Source: Vicinamibacterales bacterium
GTDB lineage: Bacteria; Acidobacteriota; Vicinamibacteria; Vicinamibacterales; JAMQPK01
Direction of reading: 5' to 3'
DNA length: 64,000 nt
NCBI GenBank assembly: GCA_963782595.1
Contig: CAWAKJ010000005.1
Coordinates: forward strand, 149,595 to 213,594
The notes under the pieces are model-generated. The model worked only from the letters and a program-made list of their open reading frames with translations, made no database searches and had not been told where the DNA came from. The stretch's first letter is position 1. Each line of letters begins with the position of its first letter. The position numbers and the translations under genes were made by a program. Positions 18,947 through 26,762 of this stretch are shown in pieces.

Positions 18947-20707
18947 ATGTCTAAACGGTTCTTGGTTCTCGGTTCTGCGGTGCTGGGGTTCTGGTTCCTC
19001 GTTCTGGGTTCGACGGCTCTCACGCAGCGGGGGGCGTCCCCGCCGTCGCCGATGCGAGCGGCAACCTACGAGTTGACCGACGGCCGCACCATCAGCGGCA
19101 CGGCCCTCAATCAAGAGGGTGCCGACGATGTTCAGTTGCGCACGAACGAGGGCAAAATCCTGCTCCTCAGGAAAACGGGTGCGCGCTACCGCGTCGTCAC
19201 CTCGACTGTTGACTGGCCGAGCTACGACGGTGGGCAAAGCGGCAATCGGTACACGACGCTGACGCAGCTGAACAAGTCGAACGTCGAGCGCCTCGCGCCC
19301 AGGTGGATCTACACAATCCCCACATCGGTGCGTCTGCAAACCACGCCGGTGGTGGCCGGCGGCATCATGTACGTGACGAGCGCCAACGAATGCTACGCAC
19401 TCGATGCGGGCAATGGCCGCGAGATCTGGCGGTTTCAGCGTCCGCGCACGAAAGGGCTCGTCGGCAACGCCGCCGGCGGCATCAATCGCGGCGTTGCGGT
19501 GTCGGGCGATCGCCTGTTCATGGTGACCGACCACGCGCACCTCATTGCGCTGAATCGATTCACCGGTGATCTCCTCTGGGATACCGAGATGGCGGACTGG
19601 CGCCTGAACTACAACGCAACGGCGGCGCCGTTGATTGTGGGCGATCTCGTGATCGCCGGGACAGCCGGCGGAGAGCAGGGCGTGCGCGGATTTCTGGCCG
19701 CTTACAATCAAGCAACCGGCAGCGAGGAGTGGCGGTTCTGGACCGTGCCGAAGCCGGGCGAGCCAGGATCGGAAACATGGGTTGGCACGGGCATCGAACA
19801 TCCGGGCGGTGTTACATGGATGACCGGCGTGTACGACCCGGAGCTGCAGCTGGTGTACTGGACAACCGGCAACCCGAGCCCCGACTACAACGGTGACGAT
19901 CGGATTGGCGACAACCTGTACGCGAGCTCCGTCGTTGCGCTAGAAGCCCGCACAGGTCGGCTCAAATGGCACTTCCAGTTCACACCGCACAACGTGTGGG
20001 ACTGGGATGCGCAGCAGCCAACCGTGCTCGTCGACACGACGTGGGAAGGGCGGCCGCGCAAGCTCCTCGTTCAGGCGAGCCGCAATGGATTTTTCTACGT
20101 GATCGATCGGACGGACGGCAAATTCCTGCTCGGAAAGCCGTTCGTGAAAAACCTGACTTGGGCGAGCGAGATCGGCGCCGATGGACGTCCGGTGCTGGTT
20201 CCGGGGCAAGTGCCGACACCGGAAGGAACGCGGATCTGCCCTTCGGCCCATGGCGCCGCAAATTGGTACTCCACGTCGTTCAGTCCGCAAACCGGGCTCT
20301 ATTACGTGCAGACTCTCGAGAACTGCAACGTCTTCGTCAAGAGCGTCAGCGAGTGGGTTGCCGGAAAGTCCTACTGGGGCGGCTCCACGCGTCAGGCACA
20401 AGATGCGCCCAACCAGAAGATTCTTCGCGCCATCGACGTGAAGACCGGCAAAGTGGCGTGGGAACTGCCACAGGTCGGCCCCGGGGCTGCGCGCGGCGGC
20501 ACGCTCGTGACTGCGAGCGGACTGCTTTTCTTCTGTGACGATCAGGATCGATTCGTGGCCGCCGACGCGTCAACGGGCAAGCTGCTGTGGCAGTTCGGCA
20601 CCAACAGCGTCTGGCGCGCCTCTCCGATGACCTACGAGTTCGATGGGCAGCAGCATGTCGCTATTGCATCCGGGTCGAACATCATCGCATTTGGGCTGGT
20701 GAAATGA
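18947..20707 (+). CDS. PQQ-dependent dehydrogenase family protein, atypical (no vicinal Cys, about 100-aa N-terminal extension)
   Basis: ATG directly follows the receptor stop. Propeller repeats and the TPHNVWDWDAQQ block (D352-W-D354). LVGNAAGGINRG sits where the paralogues have CC. Confidence 0.85.
   Translation: MSKRFLVLGSAVLGFWFLVLGSTALTQRGASPPSPMRAATYELTDGRTISGTALNQEGADDVQLRTNEGKILLLRKTGARYRVVTSTVDWPSYDGGQSGNRYTTLTQLNKSNVERLAPRWIYTIPTSVRLQTTPVVAGGIMYVTSANECYALDAGNGREIWRFQRPRTKGLVGNAAGGINRGVAVSGDRLFMVTDHAHLIALNRFTGDLLWDTEMADWRLNYNATAAPLIVGDLVIAGTAGGEQGVRGFLAAYNQATGSEEWRFWTVPKPGEPGSETWVGTGIEHPGGVTWMTGVYDPELQLVYWTTGNPSPDYNGDDRIGDNLYASSVVALEARTGRLKWHFQFTPHNVWDWDAQQPTVLVDTTWEGRPRKLLVQASRNGFFYVIDRTDGKFLLGKPFVKNLTWASEIGADGRPVLVPGQVPTPEGTRICPSAHGAANWYSTSFSPQTGLYYVQTLENCNVFVKSVSEWVAGKSYWGGSTRQAQDAPNQKILRAIDVKTGKVAWELPQVGPGAARGGTLVTASGLLFFCDDQDRFVAADASTGKLLWQFGTNSVWRASPMTYEFDGQQHVAIASGSNIIAFGLVK
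18957..19012 (+). repeat. Tandem heptamer array GGTTCTN x8 encoding the signal peptide of the dehydrogenase
   Basis: GGTTCTT GGTTCTC GGTTCTG CGGTGCT GGGGTTCT GGTTCCT CGTTCTG GGTTCGA is translated as RFLVLGSAVLGFWFLVLGS. Confidence 0.75.
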
Positions 20708-21664
20708 TCATGACGAAACTGCCGCTGGCATGTGCCACCATCATCTCGCTCGTTGGCGGAGCGGCCCTCGCTCAGAGAGGCACGCCTGCCGCACCGGCCC
20801 CGCACACGCTACCGCTCGCGCAGCGGATCTCGCACTACGATCCGGCGAAAAACCGGAACGTCGCCGTCGGTGCACGCCGGAGCCGGCCCCATGTTCATCG
20901 GATCGATGTTCGAGAACGAGCACACCGATACGAACCTGTGGTTCCTGCATCGCGGAAATATTCCGCCCAAAGCCGGTATCGGCGCCCACTTTCACAACAA
21001 CTGCGAGGAGATGTTCATCATCCTCGACGGGGAAGCCCAGTTCACGATTGACGGCCGCACCAGCGTCCTGAAGGGGCCCGCTGGCGCACCCGTGAGAATG
21101 GGCCACTCGCACGCGATCTACAACCACACGGATAGAACGGTGGAGTGGATGAACATCAACGTGACGGCCATCAAGGGATGGTACGACGCGTTCGATCTCG
21201 GCGACTCGCGTGCCAATGCGCCGCTCGATCCAGTACCGCCGTTCATGACGCTGCGGCTCGACCGCACGCTGCTGCGGCCGGTCAACGCCCTGCACGGCGG
21301 TAAGGGCGAGGTGCAGGTACGGCGCGCGTTGGATGCGCAGGTGTTTCTCGGGCCGTGGGGATATGTCGATCACCTGCTGATTCCGGCCGGGTCGTCCACC
21401 GGACCGAGCACCGATGCGGAAATCGGCGGGTTCTATTACGTGCTGGCCGGCGAGGGTACCGTCAAGGTTGGCTCGGAGACGGCTTCGATCAAGGCGCATG
21501 ACGGCGTGCCCTTGAATTTCAACCAGGCCATCTCATTTGAAGCGACGGGCGCCGTGCCCCTCGAACTGATGGCGATCGGCGTGGTCAAGGATGCCGCCAG
21601 GCGTTTCCAGATTGTCGGACGCAACCCCTACCAGCGGGCGCGCGGCGCTGCGCCCGCCCGATAG
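20704..21664 (+). pseudogene. Bicupin paralogue with a +1 frameshift near 20859-20862
   Basis: Signal peptide through [15 protein letters not shown] is in frame 1; [10 protein letters not shown] onward is in frame 2. Alignment to 14461-14490 shows one extra nt (AACG vs CTC). Length is 961 nt. The ATG overlaps the dehydrogenase stop (ATGA). Confidence 0.6.
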
Positions 21665-21685
21665 AAAGGGTGGGCTTTCCGTCAG

Positions 21686-21740
21686 AGCAGATGGCAGATG
21701 GCAGACGGTACTCTCTGCGATCATCCATCTGCCCTCTGCC
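21686..21740. repeat. GGCAGAT heptamer array plus inverted partner (hairpin between convergent genes)
   Basis: AGCAGATGGCAGATGGCAGACGG (21686-21708) faces CCATCTGCCCTCTGCC (21725-21740). The right arm overlaps the last codons of the MFS gene. Confidence 0.75.
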
Positions 21741-23112
21741 TTGACACGCCCATAGAGCCAACAGCCACCGGCTGTGGCTCCTGACCCTTCGCTGGCATTT
21801 CTCCCGCCGGGCGCGTAATCCGCAGCGAGAGCACCAGAGCGCTCCCGATCAGCCCGCACGTCACGAGGTACATGAGACCGGCCGTGTAGCCGCCCGTGAG
21901 ATCGGCGAGATAGCCGATCAAGTAGGGTCCTGCGAAGCCGCCGAGATTTCCCGTCGCGTTGATGAGCGCGATGCTGGCGGCTGCGGCGGGCCCACTGAGA
22001 AAAATAGTCGGGAGTGTCCAGAAGGGCGACGGAAACGAGTACAACGCCATGGTGGCGGCCGAGAACGCGGTGATGGCGAGCACGAGGTGATTGCCGGAGA
22101 CGATGCTCAACGACAGGGCAACGCCGACCGCGAACAACGGGATCGCGGCATGCCACCTTCGCTCGCGCGTCTTATCAGAGTGCCACGCCGTGATGAGCAT
22201 CATCGGGATAGCGGCAAGCCAGGGAATGCCCGAAATCAGAATCACCTGCGTGGTGCTGAGCCCCGAAATGCGCCGCACGATCGTCGGTAACCACGAGCTC
22301 AGGCCGACGCTATTAGTGATGTAGCAGAAGCACGCGAGGGCCAGGATGATCACCTGAGGATGCCGCAGCGCCTCGAGCGTGCTCAGCTTTTTCGCCGATT
22401 TCTTTCTCTCCTTTTCGCGCTCGAGCTCGCCGGTGATCCACTGGCGCTCGGCTTCGGGCAGCCAGCGCGCGTCGCTCGGCCGATCGGTCAGGTAGAAAAA
22501 CGCGACCACTCCGAAGACGACCGTTGGAAGACCTTCGAGGATGAGCAGCCATCGCCAGCCGTTCCATCCGAGCCAGTCGATGCGGATCAAGGCGGCGGCG
22601 ATCGCGGCCCCCACCATGTTCGACGTGGGAATCGCCATCATGAACATGGCGACGGCTTTGGCTCGATCCTCATATCGAAACCAGTGCGTCAGATAAACGA
22701 GGACGCCGGGGAAGAAGCCGGCCTGGGCGATACCCAGGAAAAAGCGGACCCAGTAGAACTCGCCGGCGGTGTCGACGAGGCCGCACAGCGCAGCAAGTGC
22801 GCCCCACACAATCAGGCTGAGCGTGATGAAATTTCTTGCGCTCCACAATTCGGTCAAGAGCGTCGAAGGAATCTGCAGGAGAAAATAGCCGATGAAGAAA
22901 ATTCCTGCGCCGAACCCGAAGACGGTGTTCGAGAACCCGAGGTCCTCCCTCATCTGCAGGGCGGCATAGCCGACATTGACCCGGTTCATGTAGTTGAACA
23001 CGTACAAAACGAAGAGGAACGGCATGAGTCGCCAGATGATGCGCCGGCGCGCCCGTTCGCCGATATCCCTCGACTCTGCTCGAGACAGCTCGCTGTCGAT
23101 GGCTGTGTTCAT
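21721..23112 (-). CDS. MFS transporter (anion:cation symporter / sugar-acid type)
   Basis: 12-TM pattern. N-terminal RRIIWRLMPFLFVLYVFNYMNRVNVGYA resembles hexuronate/galactonate-type permeases. Confidence 0.85.
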   Translation of the reverse strand: MNTAIDSELSRAESRDIGERARRRIIWRLMPFLFVLYVFNYMNRVNVGYAALQMREDLGFSNTVFGFGAGIFFIGYFLLQIPSTLLTELWSARNFITLSLIVWGALAALCGLVDTAGEFYWVRFFLGIAQAGFFPGVLVYLTHWFRYEDRAKAVAMFMMAIPTSNMVGAAIAAALIRIDWLGWNGWRWLLILEGLPTVVFGVVAFFYLTDRPSDARWLPEAERQWITGELEREKERKKSAKKLSTLEALRHPQVIILALACFCYITNSVGLSSWLPTIVRRISGLSTTQVILISGIPWLAAIPMMLITAWHSDKTRERRWHAAIPLFAVGVALSLSIVSGNHLVLAITAFSAATMALYSFPSPFWTLPTIFLSGPAAAASIALINATGNLGGFAGPYLIGYLADLTGGYTAGLMYLVTCGLIGSALVLSLRITRPAGEMPAKGQEPQPVAVGSMGVSRQRADG

Positions 23113-23135
23113 GGGCCTCTCGTTTCGCCGTGTGG

Positions 23136-23200
23136 GTCCGGCTGAAGCCGGACACTGACGTACTACCGGACACTACGTACTGCGGGACACTGACGTACTG
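23136..23200. repeat. Hairpin GTCCGGCTGAAGCCGGAC followed by three 15-18-nt direct repeats (GGACACTGACGTACT-like)
   Basis: Hairpin at 23136-23153. Units CGGACACTGACGTACTAC, CGGACACTACGTACTG and CGGGACACTGACGTACTG follow, up to 23200. Confidence 0.7.
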
Positions 23201-23207
23201 ATCGTGA

Positions 23208-24152
23208 TCAGGTCGGAAGCAACTGTGCTGCGACAATCGGTCGCGTGATGTCCACGTCCGGCAGCACGCGGGCAAGAAGCACGTCGAGTTGTGCGCTTTG
23301 GGCTGGGGAAATCGTTGCGCCCGGATGACGCACGTGAGCCGACGAGAGAAGTCCGCGCCGGCGCAGAATCTCCTTGCGAATCGCCACGCCTGGCTGCTGC
23401 TCGAACACGATCAACGCGGCGAAGCGCGAGTAGATCTGGTGGACGCGCAGCCAGTCGGCATCGCGACCGGCGGCGATGATTCCCTGCAGCACCTCCGGAA
23501 ACGCGAAGCCGGTGTTGAACCCGTCGCATCCGGCCTCCAGATCGAACGGGGCGTACAGGGCGCCAAGCCCGGACAGAATCGGAACCGGCCGGTCGGCGAA
23601 GGCCTCGCGCAGCTGCCGAATCTTCGGGGCAGTGGGCACAGCCTCTTCCTTTACGCACCCAATCGATGGAAGCGAGCGAACCAGCCGCGCGATGAGGCCG
23701 GCGGGCATGTGCACGTCGGTCGATGCCGGATGGTCCTGCAACACAATCGGAATCGAGATGCTTTCGGCGATTCTCCTGTAGAGCTCGTTGATGCGGTCCT
23801 CGCTGGGAACGGGCTCTTTGGCCGGCGTCACCATCACGGCATCGGCGCCGAGGTCTTCCGCCATCCGCGAAAGATGTTGCGCGGTGCGCGTGCCCGCGGC
23901 ACTCGTCCCGACGACGATCGGCATGCGGCCGCCGACCACCGTGACGGCGGTTTCGATGAGCGTGTGACGCTCTTCGTCGCTCAGGCGGTTCGATTCGCCG
24001 AGCACGCCCAGGATCGTGACGCCGTTGGCCCCGATCGCCAGATTGAACTCGAGAATGCGCTGCCACGAGCGCAGGTCGAGACTCTCGTCGTCGTGAAAGG
24101 GGGTGGCTAGAATGGGGATGACGCCGGCAAACAGCTGGGTCATTGGCTGCAT
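23208..24152 (-). CDS. Dihydrodipicolinate synthase (DapA) family class I aldolase/dehydratase
   Basis: ILATPFHDDESLD, GVLGESNRLSDEER, VGTSA and the Schiff-base Lys context IGCVKEEA. Start ambiguous (ATG at 24152 or 24143, TTG at 24188). Confidence 0.8.
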   Translation of the reverse strand: MQPMTQLFAGVIPILATPFHDDESLDLRSWQRILEFNLAIGANGVTILGVLGESNRLSDEERHTLIETAVTVVGGRMPIVVGTSAAGTRTAQHLSRMAEDLGADAVMVTPAKEPVPSEDRINELYRRIAESISIPIVLQDHPASTDVHMPAGLIARLVRSLPSIGCVKEEAVPTAPKIRQLREAFADRPVPILSGLGALYAPFDLEAGCDGFNTGFAFPEVLQGIIAAGRDADWLRVHQIYSRFAALIVFEQQPGVAIRKEILRRRGLLSSAHVRHPGATISPAQSAQLDVLLARVLPDVDITRPIVAAQLLPT

Positions 24153-24264
24153 GAGTATTCTCGAAGGGTACCCTGCCGACAAGGGCAAAAAAGACCCTCG
24201 ATCTGGACGACGGCCCGTTAGATACTGACCGGCACACCCTGGGCTTTCTCATCGAGGAGGACTC

Positions 24265-25368
24265 ATGAAGCGACGATACTTCACGTTCGCGCTCGGCCTC
24301 GTCTGGCTCGTATCAACGTTTTCGTCGAACGCGCAGACTCCTGCGCCGGCGCCCGGAACAACCGTGGAGAAGCTCTATATCTCACTGGAGACCACCGATA
24401 CGGTCGCTGTCGTCGATCTGAAGGCGTTCAAGCAACTCAAGACGCTCAAAGTGGGCAACCATCCGCACGGGCAGGCGTCGCCGGCCTCGCAGGACAAACT
24501 GTATGTCGCCGCGGAAATCGGCGGAACCGTGACGCTCATCGATACGATCAAGGACGAAGTCATCAAGACCTTCGACGTAGGCTTTGGCGTCGAGCCGCAG
24601 AACGGCGCCATTACGCCGGACGGCCGCTTCCTCTATCAACCGTCGTATGCCGGCTACTACCAGGTGTTCGACACGCAGAAAGAGGCGATCATCGAGTACA
24701 TCCACACGCTCGGCATCGGGCACAACACGGTGATGGCGCCAGACGGACGATTCGTGTATCTGTTACCGATCGCCGGCGGGCCGGGACACTTTGCGCGCGA
24801 GTCGCTGGGGCTGCCCAGAACCCAACCGAAGGAAGTGACGGTCGTCGACGCCCGGACACACAAGGTGGCCGGCACGATCCCGGTCGGCACGGGACCGCGG
24901 CCGGGAACCATCAGCCCCGATGGCCGGCGGCTGTACATGAACGTCGACGACTTGATGGGCTTTCTCATCATCGACACGGCCGCCCGCAAGGTCATCGCGA
25001 AAGCGCAGTACACGCTGACGCCCGATGAACAAGCCGTCAGAAGCCGATCGCATGGCATTGCTGTGGCGAACAACGGCAGGGAGGTCTGGAGCAACGACGT
25101 CGTGCACAACCTGACGTTTGTATTCGACGTCACTGGCGATACGCCGAAGCAGATTGCGCGCTTCCCGGTTGGCCGCCAGCCGTACTGGATTATGCCGTCC
25201 AAAGACAGCAAGACCGTCTACGTCACGTGCCCCAGCAGCGACGAACTGATCGCGTTCGACGTCGATTCGAAGAAAGAGAAGGGGCGTATTCAGTTCCCCA
25301 AGGGATCGCATCCGACGCGCATGCTCACGGTGGCGGCACCGGCCGCTCCGCTGAGAACGTCCCGGTGA
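24265..25368 (+). CDS. Secreted YVTN-type beta-propeller repeat protein
   Basis: GAGGAGG RBS and signal peptide. Repeated motifs of about 40 aa (LYVA.. / G.V.VID... / P.G.A.SPDG..LY). Confidence 0.65.
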   Translation: MKRRYFTFALGLVWLVSTFSSNAQTPAPAPGTTVEKLYISLETTDTVAVVDLKAFKQLKTLKVGNHPHGQASPASQDKLYVAAEIGGTVTLIDTIKDEVIKTFDVGFGVEPQNGAITPDGRFLYQPSYAGYYQVFDTQKEAIIEYIHTLGIGHNTVMAPDGRFVYLLPIAGGPGHFARESLGLPRTQPKEVTVVDARTHKVAGTIPVGTGPRPGTISPDGRRLYMNVDDLMGFLIIDTAARKVIAKAQYTLTPDEQAVRSRSHGIAVANNGREVWSNDVVHNLTFVFDVTGDTPKQIARFPVGRQPYWIMPSKDSKTVYVTCPSSDELIAFDVDSKKEKGRIQFPKGSHPTRMLTVAAPAAPLRTSR

Positions 25369-25369
25369 T

Positions 25370-25888
25370 ATGAACCGACGTCTCTTCCTCGCGACCGGGC
25401 TCGCGCTCGCTGGCTTCGGCCGGCGCGTGTGGGCCCAGTTCGCGGGCGCTCCGATCCGGTACGCCGGGCTCACGCGGCCGGTCAGGATTCCGCTGCGGGA
25501 TGTGGCGACACCATGGCAGCCGGTGGCGTTCGTTGCCGAGGCGATGGCTCCGGCAACGGCGACTGCCCAGCCGAGGCGGGTCCTCATCAATGGCGTGCTC
25601 TTCAGAACCGCAACGAATCTGAGCGCGCTCTGCGTGACCTGTCCGCACGAGCAGTGTCAGGTCGATCTCGTGACCGAGCCGGATCGGCTCAGTCGCATGA
25701 CAGGGGGGACAGCCACTGGTCCCCTGTTCGAGTGCGGCTGCCACTTGAGCATGTTCGACGCAACCGCAGACGGCGTTCGAATCTCCGGCGAAGCGCCGCG
25801 AGGTCTCTATCGCTTTCGTATCGCGGGCACGACGCCGGATGCGGTCGAGATCACAGAAATTGAAGATGTGGCGCTTTCTGAGGTGTAA
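25370..25888 (+). CDS. Tat-exported Rieske [2Fe-2S] protein
   Basis: Twin-arginine signal MNRRLFLATGLA. Rieske boxes CPHEQC (CxHxxC) and CGCHLS (CxCH). Starts 2 nt after the propeller gene. Confidence 0.8.
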   Translation: MNRRLFLATGLALAGFGRRVWAQFAGAPIRYAGLTRPVRIPLRDVATPWQPVAFVAEAMAPATATAQPRRVLINGVLFRTATNLSALCVTCPHEQCQVDLVTEPDRLSRMTGGTATGPLFECGCHLSMFDATADGVRISGEAPRGLYRFRIAGTTPDAVEITEIEDVALSEV

Positions 25889-25937
25889 CTGAGCGATACT
25901 AGGCCTCGCAACCCATTATTAGCTGGAGGAATGCCGG

Positions 25938-26762
25938 ATGCGCCGGATTCTATTGCTTTGCTTCTGCCTGGGCGTGGTGACGGTCGCCCCAGCGGCGCAA
26001 GCGCCGCAAAATCCCGCCCTGGCGGGGACGGGGGCGGCGGCCGAACCCACGGCGCCAATTCCCGAGACCAACCCGTTTTCATCCGCGGCCGACATTCAGG
26101 CCGGTGAAGCGCTGTTTCAAACGCACTGCTCGTACTGCCACGGCTCGTTCGGCGAGGGCGGACGAGGCGCGGATCTTACAGCCGGCATCTATCGGCGCGG
26201 CGGCCGCGATCCGGAGCTGTACGCGTCGATTCGCAACGGCATTCCCGGCAGCGAGATGGCGCCGGTTCGCGTGACAGACGACGAAGTGTGGAAGATGGTG
26301 GCGTTCGTGAAACGGCTCGGATCGCAGGGGCTGCTGGAAAAGGCGCCGGGCGATGCGACGGCCGGGCGACTTCTGTATCAGAAGCGGGGATGCGCGACGT
26401 GCCATAGCATCGGGCGCGACGGGGGCAGCCTTGGACCGGACCTCTCCGACATCGGACGACGTCGCGGTCTGACGTTCCTGACCGAATCGCTGGTCACTCC
26501 CGAATCGGATGTGCCGATCAGATATCGCGGCCTGCAGGTCGTGCTGAAGTCGGGTCAGACGGTCACAGGTGTTCGCCTGAATCGCGACGACCTCTCCATT
26601 CAACTGCGTGATGCACGCGACAACCTGCGATCCTTTCTGATGGACAACGTTAAGGAAGTCCGGTACGACAAGCCCTCGTTGATGCCGTCCTACAGCACGA
26701 TGGAGCGCAAGGACCTGCAAGATCTGGTGGCGTACCTGAACTCCTTGAAGGGGGAGCAATGA
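25938..26762 (+). CDS. Periplasmic dihaem c-type cytochrome (paralogue of 864-1655)
   Basis: Signal peptide, CSYCH and CATCH motifs, distal SLMPSY motif. The stop overlaps the next ATG (ATGA). Confidence 0.85.
   Translation: MRRILLLCFCLGVVTVAPAAQAPQNPALAGTGAAAEPTAPIPETNPFSSAADIQAGEALFQTHCSYCHGSFGEGGRGADLTAGIYRRGGRDPELYASIRNGIPGSEMAPVRVTDDEVWKMVAFVKRLGSQGLLEKAPGDATAGRLLYQKRGCATCHSIGRDGGSLGPDLSDIGRRRGLTFLTESLVTPESDVPIRYRGLQVVLKSGQTVTGVRLNRDDLSIQLRDARDNLRSFLMDNVKEVRYDKPSLMPSYSTMERKDLQDLVAYLNSLKGEQ

Noticed and set aside
20848-20865. Programmed ribosomal frameshift at GCGAAAAACCGG in the second bicupin gene.
   Set aside because: Restoring the frame needs a +1 shift. The A-run is not a canonical X-XXY-YYZ site in the zero frame, and no downstream structure is evident. 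A single-base insertion relative to the paralogue explains it more simply.
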